Below, piece by piece: positions 11,391 to 25,620 of a stretch of DNA of 64,000 nt; position 1 is the first letter of the stretch; each line of letters starts with the position of its first letter. The DNA is taken from contig NC_042998.1 of the NCBI RefSeq assembly GCF_006345805.1, positions 18,848,001-18,912,000 of the forward strand, given 5' to 3'. The position numbers were made by a program, and so were the translations under genes. This stretch comes from Octopus sinensis (Eukaryota). The notes below the pieces were generated by a model. That model was given only the letters and a program-made list of their open reading frames with translations, made no database searches and was not told the origin of the DNA.

Positions 11391-13108
11391 CAGTTGCGGC
11401 CAAAATGTTCAGAACGGCATTGTTTTCGACAGAAAAGTAGGTATAAGTTTTTATCAAAGTTATTTTATGTTCTATAATTTTCACACACAATAAATACAAT
11501 ATTAATTGTTATTGTCTGAGAAAATTAAGTATAAGCTTTTATTAAACTTGTTTTGTATTCTATAATTTTCACAGACAATAAATACTATATTAATTGGTAT
11601 TGTCTGAGATTTTGGTGTAATTTGAGCGGATAATACACAAGTTATGGATGATTTACTGATTTACTGCAAAACCCATGGAGCCCAAAATGATCAGAACGGT
11701 TGAAAATATAACAAAATAATAAAAAATGACAGAGAATACTGGAATTATTTAATATTTAGTGTGAAGCCCTTTAGCTTCAATCACACTTTGACATCTTCGA
11801 CTGCATGAGGAATTTAAATTTTCAATTTCTTGCTAGGTGATCTTATTCCATTTTTCCTGAAGGGCATTCCATAATTGCTCGGTTGTTTTAGGAGTTCTGG
11901 CTTTCGAACGTTCTCCTAGAATATTCCACACATTTTAAATAGGATTGAGATCTTGGCTTTGAGCAGGTCAATCAATAATAATAACCTTTTCAGCCTTGAG
12001 TAAGTTCATGACCACCTTAGCCTTGTGACATGGGGCATTGTCCTGCATGAATATGGATGGTCGCTTAGTTGAATTTCTCAGCACAGGCAAGACATGTTCT
12101 TTTACAAGTTGTTTATAAACTCTTGCATTTACCTTTCCGTGTAATCGCACCAAAGAGCCCATACCATCTCCAGATATCATCCCCCAAACCATGACACTTC
12201 CTCCACCGAATTTAACACTAGTCTTAAGGCATTTAGGCGACAATTTTTCACCTACTTTTCAACGAAAGTACATTTTCCCATCTGAGCCAAATAACATAAA
12301 CTTAGATACATCACTGAAATGCACCGTTTGCCATTTTTCTTGAGACCACAACACATGTTCGGTTGCAAAGGTAAGACGACACTTTTTATTTTTGGAGCTG
12401 ATCAGTGGCTTCACTGCAGGTGCTCTTGCTTGTAGGTCATGTTCAACTAAATGATGAGACAGTTTTTCGAGATAAAGTTTTCTTCAGTACAATGCTCATT
12501 TCCCGAGAAACAGCAGCAACAGTTTTAAATCTGTCCTTTTTAACCAACTTTATCATAGCACGATCTTCTCTCTTGGTCGTTTTTTTTGGCCTACCTGTAG
12601 ACTTTTTTGCTTCACATGAACCACAATCATTGTAGACCTTAAGAATACCGTGAACAACACTTTTTTGACTTGTTGACAATATTTTCAATAGACCCAATAC
12701 TTAAATTATCCTTCTTTCGAAGCTTAATAATCTACTGACGAATTGGTAACGGATTAAGTGGCATTATATTAACAAAGTACACTGCAGACATTCTTACTAA
12801 TGTTTAGTAAATGAACCATCACGTAAACAAATTCAAAACATTAGAGTTCGCCGGTTATACATACTAAAACACGGAGTAAAAGCAACCGTTCTGATCATTT
12901 TGGCCGCCATGGGTTTTGCAGTAAATCACTAAATCATCCATAACTTTTGTATTATCCTCTCAAATTACACTAACGTCTCAGACAGTAACAATTAGTATTG
13001 TATTTATTGTCTGTGAGAATCATAGAATATATAAAACAACTTTGATAAAAACTTATATATACTTTTCTGTCGAAAACAATGCCGTTCTGAACATTTTGGC
13101 CGCAACTG
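11391..13108 (-). mobile_element. Full-length Tc1-family DNA transposon with IR/DR-type long TIRs
   Basis: Termini CAGTTGCGGCCAAAATGTTCAGAACGG in inverted orientation with TA on both sides. TIRs are over 200 bp and contain an inner copy of the outer motif (CCAAAATGATCAGAACGG). A transposase pseudogene lies inside. Confidence 0.97.
11749..12764 (-). pseudogene. Tc1 DD34E transposase, inactivated
   Basis: Motifs KKSTGRPKKTT, VHFSD, VKFGGGSVMVWGMIS, FMQDNAPCH and *PAQSQDLNPI*NVW. Contains stops (including at the catalytic E) and frameshifts. Confidence 0.95.
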
Positions 13109-13119
13109 TACGCAGACAC

Positions 13120-13200
<81 letters not shown>

Positions 13201-14981
13201 CACACACACACACACACCTATGTTTATATACATATACATGCGTACACACAAACGAATATATGCATATATACATCTTGAATGTACCTTTGCTTCTTTCGTT
13301 TTATATCTCGTGCACAGTGTGCCTAGGGGAATAATTTGTATTTCGAATAAACAAAATGCTATAATTTCATATTTGCTCGAGTGCTATTTTCTTGCGTCTA
13401 TGCTATAGAATAGGTTCAATTTTATATTTTCTTAAACTATCAACATAAATCATAAGAATAGGAATTTCAAAATCTTCAGGTGAACCAATGAAATTCTGCA
13501 TTCCACAGATGGCGTTACCACAAAAAAAAAGTTTTTAAAAATGCAGATTAATACATCGAAGATTAATACTCAGACCTCAGCATTTTAAAATACATCGTCT
13601 ATTTAGTTACTAGTATATGACTATGGAGCTTGAGCCTTTCAGGAGGTTGATATATTTAGAGAAGAATAAATCCAAACATATGTAGAGTGGCATAGCACTA
13701 ACTAAGATAACTAACGAACCTTCTGAGTAATTTAGTTGTCATGAATAATTTGTGTATCGCTGTAACTTGCTTTCTACTTTAAATTAAAAATCTCTTCGTT
13801 CCTGTATTGCTATTTGTGAAATATTAAATGTTTCAACTCACAAGTTCCTTATAGCAAATGATCATTGGGTTCAACATACAAACGATGATGTGAACAATTA
13901 GTAGGAGGTGTTACTATGTATTTCTATCACCTGAAATTCAATTTATTTCTGTTCATAAGTTAATCTCATTGTGCTTCGTATCAGATGAGCTTCCAGCCAT
14001 AACCGAGAAATATCTTTATAGAATTGTAGAAAACAAGCGAAAATTAATATTGCACTATAACCGTCAACGTGCTTGTGGAACCGTTATGCATGTCATTCAG
14101 TGAAACAAATGAAATGCAAATAGATTCAGTTTTCAATATCTCCGATGATTCAGAAAGACATATTTCATTTGAATAGTCCTTTATAGAAACATAGAGGAAC
14201 CTTCCTTGTTACTTAGCGTATGCAAATGGCAACATTGTTTAATATAGATAGCTTATAGCTTATTGAACTTTCCATATTCTAATTTCCCATGACAAGGTGT
14301 GTTTACATTTCTGATCTCACCGGCGAGGTAAGATAACTTTGGCTTCGTTTATTTGAAGGCTATTCTACAAATGTTGAAACATGTTATCTTTTTGAAAATT
14401 ATCTATATTTCGGCACCAAGGTCGTTCGATACTACGTTAGTTTTGACTACAATTTTCTGTTGTATAGACATTTTTCAGAGCTACTATTAAGAACATACTT
14501 GATTTTCGAATTCACAAATTAGGTCGTGCCATAAATAGGAAAACTGAGAGGGAGTCTAGACAATATAATGTCACAACATCGAAAAATGTCACATCCTGTA
14601 ATTTTCAATATACGAATTTTCTATTGGACTCTATGCAACCTGGATACTTAATTCAGATAAATTATTAAATTAAAAGTAATTTATTTTCTACAAGCAGAGC
14701 AGCGAAAATCATACACTATGAAATAAGAATTCATTTAATGTGTTCTATCAGATCGTATTAAGAATGCATAACCTATTGTATAGATATATTAGCATATTAA
14801 TAATAATAATAATAATAATTTCCTTTGCATTACTGTATTTTATGAAAATCATCATTCAACATTTATCATTATCCTTAGGCAAAAGGAAAATTGTTAATAA
14901 AGAAAACTTGATTGGAAACAACTGTCTGTCTAACTTTCTCTGATATTTTTCACTCGATACACATACACACACATATATATA

Positions 14982-15081
<100 letters not shown>

Positions 15082-15484
15082 ATATAGAGGGTACTATTAT
15101 TCATAGGTACCGCACGCTAGGAGGGACTTTTGCAGTCAAAACTACTAAAATAAACAAATTGTACCGAATGCAAAACTTCAAAGCGAGTCATTTAAAAACA
15201 GAATTTAGTTACATATCACCTGTGATTTCGCAATCAATGCAGAATAGGCATTCTATGCTCTTCAGTGCAACGAACTCAAGACATATAAGAAAAAACACAT
15301 CACATACCCGACAACCAACCGTAGAATTGGCCGCAGCATGTATGAATGTTTATCTTTACATATCTATGAAAATGGCGGTCTTTTTCGAAATGCATTTCGG
15401 TACACAACTTGCCTACTCGGAACAAAAATTCAGTATTGAACTATTCCGGTGAAAAATATTGGAAGGTAGTGAAAATTATAAAAA

Positions 15485-15800
15485 CTCTACTCTCTAGAAC
15501 AATGGCGGGGAAGATATGCAATAATATACATCTGGAAAATGCTATTTGTAACTGATTTTGACATTGAAAGTTACACAAACAGCAGAACGGGGTGCCACTG
15601 CATACTACCCGAAAATCCAACAATTCCATGAGGATAGAAATGCAGATACTGCAACAGCTTGGGTTTCAGGAGCCACCAGCTCTTCAATAACCTCTCACAA
15701 GCCTGAGAGGACTACATTGGGTGGATATAGGCGTCTTCAAAAGAAATCTAAACGTCGGCAAGAAACGTAGATGTGGGCAGCAACATAAAATTCCTTCACT
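15485..15800 (+). mobile_element. CR1-like LINE 3' end fragment
   Basis: LYSLEQW...YAIIYIWKM...SYTNSRTGCHCI, homologous to 37430-37560. Confidence 0.65.
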
Positions 15801-15974
15801 CACCAGATGCCACGCATCAGAGAATGCTTAGTGAAGGTATAGCAGAGCTAAGGGCAGTGCCCCAGTATTGCCGCATATCTCGAGTCGAAACTAGTAAAGA
15901 AAACAATAAAATACATAATTTGCATGTATATATTTATGTATATATTATATTAATACCTACGAACATATGTGTGT

Positions 15975-16010
<36 letters not shown>

Positions 16011-18579
16011 GATAGGTAAATAGATAGATAGATAGATAGATAGATATATAGTTATGTGTATGTATATATGTATTTAATTGCATATGAGACTATATACGCA
16101 CTCACACACACACACACGCACATATCTATGATAGATATATAGCCGACAGTGTTCCTGTTGACTTCGGTTAACATAAATTTAATTTAATTTAACTCTGGTT
16201 ATACATATTAATTTGTATCTTAATTACGTAATAATGGAATTAATGAGCTTTCTTTCTAATGAAACAGCTCTGGGATGCAATTAAATTATGAAACATCTCT
16301 GAAAATGCTTTTCTGACCTTTTTCAAAATATACATGAATATTCACATATTCAAACATACAAACATACATGCATACACACATACATATGTACATATATATA
16401 TATACAAGTATATATGCATACATATTATACATATATACATATTTACACACATATAAATATATGTCTGTATGTGTGTGTGTGTTTGAATGTGTTTCTGTAT
16501 GTGTATACGCTTATGTACAGATGCATATATATGCAATAATTTGAAATATTTGATGGTATTTACAGTTTATAAATTCGATTAGTGCATTTTATTTATTTTC
16601 CGTGTTATTATATCATATATTTACGAATGGTGTTTTGGTGCTATTCTGAATTATATTATATTTACGATAAATAATATGTAATTCATTAACCTTAGTGAAT
16701 GCACGACACCTCGACCCTAACCCTAACCCTAACTAATACTGTAACATTACTGAGACTTGATTGTGACGTGTGTTCGTAATGAAGCATCATCCGTATTCGT
16801 TGAATTGTAGAATACATAGAAAATAAATCTCCGCTCTAAAAAAGTGTCAAAATAGAGTCCTATTCCAGACATATATTCTAATGGCACGGTTAAATATGAA
16901 ATTAACTTAATCTACATATTTAGCGACAAATGCATAAATTACTTGTTACATTTAAGCGAGCGATTTATGCGGTTTCGACAACCACTGTTTGCATGCTTTC
17001 GGAAGCTTTTGCGAACATCATATCGTATACATCATATCGTATACATCATCACCAAATCCCACCCTGAATTCATTCTCAGAATGATCAATTTGATATCGTA
17101 CGAGCAAGCTCCAAGTACGAAACACGTACAAAAGTGTTTCAATGTCAATGTTTTCCTATTTATTCAGGCCAAGTTCTTGTGTAAAAAATGCTCGATTTAA
17201 ATCACCGTATACCACTATGATGCAGCACCTTCTCAGCCATTGTTAAGAAGGAATTACACTCTGAAAAACATTCTTTTTTATGTAATACTCAATAGCTGCA
17301 GGCGAGTATGTAAATTTAGTTTCACGGTAACGAATATCTTAAGCTTATTGCCAAACACTTTTGTAGGTATTTGCTGGAGAAGCCTTAATGTAACGGAACA
17401 AGAAACCATTTCTCCTCTAACATGGTTCACAGGAAAAAAAAAATATCTGTCTCTTCTCCAAATTTATTTTCTCTCAATAGAAATATTTTACGAGATTATT
17501 AATGATGTCTCTGAAACATATATCAAATGAAGGAATTATTTCCAGAGACGGGCTTTAGGATATTACAATGTCGATGAAATTTATTAGTGATAAAGATCTC
17601 CAAAATTTTACGGATATTTTACTATTTCTTACCTTCTTAATTTCTTTACGAGAGTAAAATTTTATAACATACATAGATATAAACATTGTTTAAAAGCTGG
17701 TTTCGTTTATATAAATCCTCAATAGCTTGCGCATTTACCGATGTGTTGTGAATGTAAAATATGTTTATATGAATATCTTAGCAAGAATTAATACATTCAT
17801 GAGAACAAAAGCGATAAATAAAAGTAATAATATATAAGTCAAAATTGAACCATAGAATTTCCAATAATGATACAGTATTTCTTCACTGCTGCTGTTCCAA
17901 CTATAAAACACAACCAGTTATATCGGTAATATCTCTATAATACAGATTGAAACAAAAGTGTATACCTCAAAGGTTACATCGGAAAACGGAATGTGAAGGG
18001 GTTTGTAGTTAAAAGTGAAATTTCCGGATACCATACTACAAGGTAGAATTCCCTGAGAATATGTTACTTTTTGTAAACATTAAGATGTTTCTACTATCAC
18101 AATTCCTTATCTAATAATATATTATGAAGCGGAACTGCATATGAAGACTTTCCTCCAAATTGTAGTGTTTTACATCATTAAAGAAATGCCATAATTCCTT
18201 ACAGGTTTAAATATGTTACGGTTGTGTCTTCCTGATGATTTCTAAAACAATGAAAGAGTGCTCTATATCATTACCAATACTCTTTTACTTGTTTCAGTCA
18301 TTTGACTTTGGCCATGCTAGAGCACCGCCTTTAGTCGAGCAAATCGACCCCAGGACATCATTGTGGTTTTGAGACCTGGGCAGTACCATTTAATCCGGTG
18401 GCGTCAACAGCACTAAAATAAGTGTTGTTTGACAACAAACAATCCAAAGAAACCACAACTTTCACAAACATTTACCCAATTTACAACTGTATCGATAAAT
18501 AAATTCAATAAATGAATTACAACCACATGGCTAGAAGTTTTAAAGAATTTGTATTAAATTAAATGCACAAAAATAAATA

Positions 18580-18976
18580 GGCGCAGGAGTGGCTGTGTGG
18601 TAAGTAGCTTGTTTACCAACCACATGGTTCTGGGTTCAGTCCCACTGCGTAACACCTTGGGCAAGTGTCTTCTACTATAGTCTCGGGCCGACCAAAGCCT
18701 TGTGAGTGGATTTGGTAGACGGAAACTGAAAGAAGCCCGTCGTATATATGTATATATATGCGTGTGTGTGTGTGTACGTCTGTGTTTGTCCCCCTAGCAT
18801 TGCTTGACAACTGATGCTGGTGTGTTTACGTCCCCGTTACTTAGCGGTTCGGCAAAAGAGACCGATAGAATAAGTACAAGGCTTACAAAAGAATAAGTCC
18901 TGGGGTCGAGTTGCTCGATTAAAGGCGGTGCTCCAGCATGGCCGCACTCAAATGACTGAAAACAAGTAAAGAGAGT
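18580..18976 (+). mobile_element. SINE family A, full-length (an opposite-strand tail fragment lies at 18286-18355)
   Basis: Close match to 5188-5591. Confidence 0.92.
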
Positions 18977-19339
18977 ATGATTTTTATGCATTTTTTCTTC
19001 TAATTCCTTAATTTCACTTTCATTTTCATAATCATATTTCATATTACTACAAAACGATTACCTTCTATGTAACAACTGCCAATGTCACAAAAAATACAGC
19101 TGGAAGCATTAAAGTATGCTATTAACAATATTGCGAGTTTCGAGCAACTTCTTGGATGTTGTCATACATGTATTCAACTAGATGTACACAGACATCGAAG
19201 GTTCAGTAATTGACATCAATTCCTAAATTTCGATTAGTTCCTTTTCTTTTTTGACCTGTGAAACTTACTTTCATTCTCTTTATTTTCAGTCGCCTAATTC
19301 TCAAATAATTGTACAATAATTGTGCAGTAAAATGTCTGA

Positions 19340-19800
19340 TGATTCTAATGAATTTTGTACAGTACTCATCGTTTTACCGGACTTGTTGGCGAACGATTCT
19401 TTTCGTAAGTTATACAAAAGCGGGCTGAGGAAAATAACATGCATTTTAATGCTGGAAAATTCCAAGCCCTGAGCTACCAACATACGAAACTGAAGGAAAA
19501 GGAGACAAGATACACTTGCCCAGGCGGAATGGCAATACATAAATCAAAGTCAGTGCCCCACCTGGGCATTGACATGAATAATGATGCATCTTTCCTGGTG
19601 CATATTAATAATAAAACGTAGACGGTTTGATGGACGGATCCTTAGTACATTCAGAACGAGAGAGCAGGTAGCCATGATAATCCTCTGCAAGACATTTGTC
19701 CTTATCCTTTTACATTACTGTCCCAACTATCGTCACCACACACACAGTGTAAACTTAACCACGTAACTCGAAGCGATCCAGTGAAACTACACAAAGGAGA
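19340..19800 (+). mobile_element. CR1-like LINE 3' fragment
   Basis: EENNMHFNAGKFQAL, LGIDMNNDASF and LEAIQ in shifting frames. Confidence 0.7.
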
Positions 19801-20501
19801 TTGTCCCAATGCGACATGACATCCAAAATATTTATTCAAAGTTATATTTTAGAAACGATTTTTCGCATCTACATGTTTGTTATGATTTATTTTCACTCAT
19901 GATGTCTAAGTTGCCATGTGGGTCACTATATTCATTCTAAAATTTTATTTATTCATAACAGCAACAGCTGCCGTTATGTTTCCAGAGTAATCCTGTTATG
20001 TAACGGTAAATTAACGGAAATGACACTCACGACTGCAAATTCATGTTTTGGGAAATACACAAACGACCGTTATCTCCAGCTAATTATTCGATGTTTTCTA
20101 AAACGACTCCGTAAGATTAACTAATATAATTTCTTTCTGCAGTTCATTGATTTTAATCGTATGATCTGTAGTAACTTTATCAGGTATCACCTCCTCATAA
20201 TTTAATATAATTATTCTATCAATTTTATGGTTAATTGGTAGTTACTGTTGACATAAATTTTGCACTTAACATTTGAATAGTTCGCAATCGTAAATATTCA
20301 ACTATAAATATTAGACATATTATTACTATAAGTAGTTCTTCACACTAAGTTTCAACACGGCACAAAATTCTTTATTGAACACCATATTGTACTCAATTGA
20401 TGTTTCTTCAATTAGCGCAACAACATCTACTTTATTAGTTATATATATTATATATATATATATATATATTATATATATTATATATATTATATATTATATA
20501 T

Positions 20502-20534
<33 letters not shown>

Positions 20535-20649
20535 GTACATACATATATATACATATACATACATATATATATATAAATATACATACATATATATCTATAC
20601 ATACATACATACATACATACATACATACATACATACACATATACATATA

Positions 20650-20680
<31 letters not shown>

Positions 20681-21979
20681 GAGCAAATACTCGAATGCTT
20701 ACATTCGAAATAAGATATTACTTTTGCTAATATTATATGTGGGCGAGCAAGCGAGACCATGGTATATGAGCATCTAAATGGCATAATCCTTAATCCGGTG
20801 GTGTCAACAGCACTAAAATAAGTGTTGTTTGGGAACAAACAAACCAAAGAAACCACAACTTTCAAACACATTTACTCAATGAACAACCGTTTCGATAAAT
20901 AAATTCAATAAATGAATTACAACCACACCTGAATACGTAGCGAAACACTGGTAACTCTATTAAATCATGCAAAAATTACAATCCCTTTCCGCCTTCGGTA
21001 GTGTAATATAAAAGCACAACCTTAATAAGTACAATATTTCAATGAATCAAAATTTAGGCAGGATTAAACATTAACTTTAATAAAACTATAACAAAGAGAC
21101 ATATAAATCAACGTACATTGTATAGTTATTAATAGCAAACTACAATAACTAAATTATATGCTAAATTGCGACCAATCTTTAAGCCCATACAAATAATAAT
21201 CCCACTGGTCTTCCACATATGCTACTATAATGAAAGTTAAAGCCTTATAAAAATCTCTAAACAAAACACGATTGAAAATAATTTAACTAATATTTTTATG
21301 ACTGAAATACATTATTTCATCATTCAGAAGTTAATAATAAAACCCTACATACCCGTTAATATTTCACCACTACAAGCTACACAATTACTTCAAAAGACAA
21401 TTGCTGTAATGTAAATTTTCATGTTGCCTAAAGCACTTTTATACATATTACCTTAAATTTAAGTAGTTACATTCTCCTTATCAAAAATGTCATTAAAACT
21501 GCTAAAAGAATTTCCTGAATCCCTATTTTATGCTGGGATGCATTTGTACCTACCATATTTTCTGTTCGTCTTTCACTATTGGCGTAAATATATATGTAAA
21601 ATTCAGTTTCAAGGCATTTAAAAGGTATTGCATATTAACGCTCTCATTCCAGTTCCTGTGCCACATTTCATATTTAAAATTCAACGTTCTTCCGCAAAGG
21701 TAATCTTTGATATATTCGTCTTCGTGATATATCAACATATTTTTAAAGGTTTTCCAGTTTAATGTTGTATCTTGGATATAGTTATAAATCTACCATACAA
21801 ACGAAGTAGGTTATAAATTTATATAGGGATTTATAACTTATCAAATTGCCTTAGTAACATTTAACTCAGTACAATCTCTCGCCATGACGGATCATCGTCG
21901 ATTGACAAGACGAGGAAAAAAACACGTCAAAGGCGGAAGAGTTCAAAAGAGTCAACGGTCATCCGAAAATGACTGAAGT

Positions 21980-22190
21980 TGTGTGGCCTAGTGGTTAGTG
22001 TGTTGCACATCCGGCCTGAGAATCTCAGGCACACAATGGTCATCTAGTTGGCGGCACAAAACCAGGATCGGGAGATCAAACTTTCGATTCCCAGACCGAA
22101 TACCTGCTGTGTTCTTGAGTAAAACACTTCATTGAACTTTGCTCCATATTATTCAACTGTTAATGGGTAAACTTGTGAGAGATTGGCGTA
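21980..22190 (+). mobile_element. tRNA-derived SINE with ~50 nt insert between A and B boxes
   Basis: TGGCCTAGTGG at 21984, TTCGATTCCC at 22083, then the B/D-type core TTCTTGAGTAAAACACTT. Confidence 0.65.
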
Positions 22191-23433
22191 AGAAGGTGAG
22201 GTGGCAACTCAGCAAAACCACCCGAACATCTGTCTCGTGAGTAAGGTTTTGCATTTAAAAATCGAAAGGATGAATAGTAGGACCCGTACAGTGAAATCCT
22301 TCAGGTTGGGATCGGTTCTTCAACCAGGTTGACGGAAAACAATAACGATTGATTGATTGGTTTGATATGTCAGTGGGATCAAATGTAAAAGGAGAGAAAC
22401 AAAATGAAAATTGTTCGCGCTATATTGAGTAGACCAAATTTCATTCATTATGTATTTTGCAATGTTATTGATGCGTTTATATTTGGGAATATTATGATTG
22501 ATACAGAATGCGTTAACATTGGCAACATCTCAAATATATAAAAGTGCTGCCAGGACTTTTATGTCATGAAACCAGGCCTTGTTTAATATTTGTTTCTATA
22601 TTTCCATCAAAAACTAGCCGATTTATTAATATTTTTGTATTTACATCTGTACATACCTTTCAGGAAAACTTTTTGTTCACATACTAAAATCATGTTTTTT
22701 AGAGAGGCGGCCAAACTATGTTGGTGCCAGAGCATTGTGTATTGTTAGTGCGTAATATGGAATTCTCAGAAATTCTATATTGTTTATCACAGAATGCCAG
22801 AGTTTTGTAGCTTAGTCTCTGGTGATTTGTGATTTGGGAATAAATATTGTAAATTCTTGTCTCCTTTTTAATTCATTTCATGCTATCCCTCTATTTCTGT
22901 GTAATATTAAACTAATTGAAATAAGGTAGGTTACACCATATATTCTGGAAGTCTCCCTTTTGTTAGCGGTGTTGATTGTATTGGCAAATTTCCTTCCCAT
23001 AAACTTTGTTTTTTACATATGTTTGTAGGTTTACTTTTTCGTTTCTCTATTTTTTTATCGATTGTGCTGAATCTTTAATCCCATATACACTCCGAAATAA
23101 TATTTTTTGCCATGTGTTTTATTGATCCCAATGCGAGCGGACATTTTTGAAAATGTCTTACTGACATGTGTGTACGCCATGATCACTAGCATTATTACTG
23201 TTACTTTTTTTTTATTCCAAGTTCTGATTTTCCATAGCTGATATCTCTCTTTCTACTTCAGTGTATATGAGAATTTTTCAGTTAAATTTGATTCGTTGAC
23301 TGGATTTAATTTTATGCAGCCATGCCTAAAAGTAAATTTCACAATATGTGATCGAGCTTCCTTCTGAGTAAAAAATGTTTAACGAGTTGGACACACACAA
23401 GTCTATTGCTTTTTAAATAAGTATTTGTATTGA

Positions 23434-23722
23434 TATTCTGTTGTGTCTGGAGAGAGTCATTTTCTTTTTGTGTCTTATAATGTAACATACTCACCGGTAA
23501 AATTTCCACTTATTTCTTATTTTTATTTTCCTAAAATTTTCGTTGCGTCTTGCAACCTTTTCAATAGACTTGAATTTTCAAGAGTCAAGACTATTGAAAA
23601 GGTTGCAAGACGCAACGAAAATTTTAGGAAAATAAAAAATAAGATATAGGTGGAAATTTTACCGGTGAGTGTGTTACATTATAAGGCACGTAAAGAAAAT
23701 GACTCTCCCCAGACACAGAATA
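23434..23722. repeat. Near-perfect fold-back (~138 bp arms, 11-nt spacer), MITE-like
   Basis: 23434-23573 is approximately the reverse complement of 23585-23722. The spacer is ATTTTCAAGAG. Confidence 0.9.
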
Positions 23723-25439
23723 TGCTTCAACACACAAACTCAAATAAAGAATCTTGCAAACCAAATCCAAAAACAAAATTTATATTGATAGCTTATGCAG
23801 TTATATTCTACTGACACGTCGTATTTGGTCCTATTAAGGCATGTTTTTCTATAATGTTATTTTGGTTCTGACCTTGACTATGGTTATTATTTTGTGATTA
23901 TCTTTCGTAGTTTAATCTTAGCTCAGGTAGATTTGAACGGATCTGAAGGAAAAGGCGCTCAAATATTCAGTTATAGAGCACCAAGCACTACATCGTCTAA
24001 TTTGATAGTAGATTGTTATTCGTGAACAGTGTGGAGAATATTTCTAGACTGATTTGCAACTCCATTGCTTCTTATTGTGAAGGATTGTGTGTAATGGCCA
24101 TTATCCATATTTGCAAAGGCGCATTGGTGATATTATGAATATAAATTCCGTAATTCATTACAATGTGTCCTTTCTGAAATTTTATTTATCTACAGATATG
24201 CCTTAAAACTATCAAGACTTCCCAAACGCTCGCGCCTTTAAATACAATGTATGCAGTACTACATATTTGTATGTGCCCATTGTTAAGATAATTGATTTTT
24301 ATTATATTTAAGAAGAACGTTATATAAGGGAAATATTGAGGTATGTTATATATTTATTAGACAGAGCGACTAGTTAATGCCATAGATTTTAGATGACAAG
24401 TAGCCTTCATAAGAGTAGCTCGAGGGTGTAAAACATATAGGAAAATATATTAACATCAAATCCGATTAAATTTGGAAGAAGCTTCGTATGCGTGGCAGGT
24501 CCTGAAGATTTGACTGTGTCGATTTTATATCTGAAAGCAAGAATAAATCAGAACATATAAGTCAAAGGCTATTGAGAAGGACCACATATACATTTTTCTC
24601 TTTTTGTGCTGTTCTTAGTAACTTAATTTTGAAAATGTTTTCTGATTACGTAATTCAGGTGCAAGAATCAGTTTAGCTGCGATACACTTCTAATCGCCTG
24701 TTATATTTTATTTGGATGAATATGTATTTTAATGCTGTCTTTTTATATGTAGTTCTTGTGACAGTGAAAAGTTTTGGCAAACATGACGGTATTTGTATAC
24801 GACAGATTAATTTATTTATTGAGATATACACTTCCAATGTATAACAAAAAATGTTTCGTGCATAACTTACTCATAGGACTCACAAAAAATGATTTTCGTT
24901 TCAGGCTTTCTTTCTGTAAGAATATTTTCTACGGAGTGAATATCACAATTGAATAATCAATACGAGGTCTATACAAAGAAAATAGCTGTCATATTAGATA
25001 TTCAAATACAAACCCACATTCTTTAAAAAAAATCTTCTTGCACGACGAATGTTAGAAACTGGAATTAATTTTATCGTTTCTGCTCATGTTATTCTCGAAA
25101 CCACCGTCTCCGCACAATGCAAAGTATTCCTTTCAATAATTAAATTAATAACTACTCACCGAATTATTATTCTATAGTTAATATGTTGAACAATTGTGAC
25201 TTAGAATTTACTTGCAAAGACACGAATTTTAATTCCACATCTTTCTGTTGGACTCGTTATGTTGTGAGAGTTTATTCTGCCAACATTTACGTGTAAATTC
25301 ACGGTAATTTTATTCTTACTGAACGTCTATCTTTCACTGAGAACAGTGGAATGAATTTAAAATTATCGATTAATTAAATCAATTGTCGACAACTCTTGAA
25401 CATTGTAATAAAACATATGGCCATATACGAAGAAGCGGG

Positions 25440-25620
25440 TGGTCTGATAAAGCATTATCAGGGAAGGAAAAGTAGAGTTTTAGATCAAATGGCAGGCAAA
25501 GTACGCAACAGAAGGACAATATCATGAGCTGGATGAACAAGAGTATCTATGCAAGAGAAATGCGCATAATCATTGCAGCGTCATCGATGCGCTGCAAGCG
25601 TGCGATGTGTGGGCGACTAA
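25440..25620 (+). mobile_element. Probable RTE-like LINE 3' remnant
   Basis: IIREGKVE...GRQSTQQKDNIMSWM resembles the RTE C-terminal GKVEG.R.RGRQ...W.DNI..W pattern. Confidence 0.45.

Noticed and set aside
18225-18275. CTGATGA...GAAAGAGTGCTCTA hammerhead-like string
   Set aside because: No stem I and no credible stem II; likely chance.
20940-21550. Nuclear mitochondrial insertion, suggested by strand skew
   Set aside because: No mitochondrial gene frame is recognisable, even reading TGA as Trp.
22400-23400. Very decayed LINE or piggyBac-like coding remnant on the minus strand
   Set aside because: Only scattered 4-6 residue resemblances, mutually inconsistent; not supportable without a profile search.
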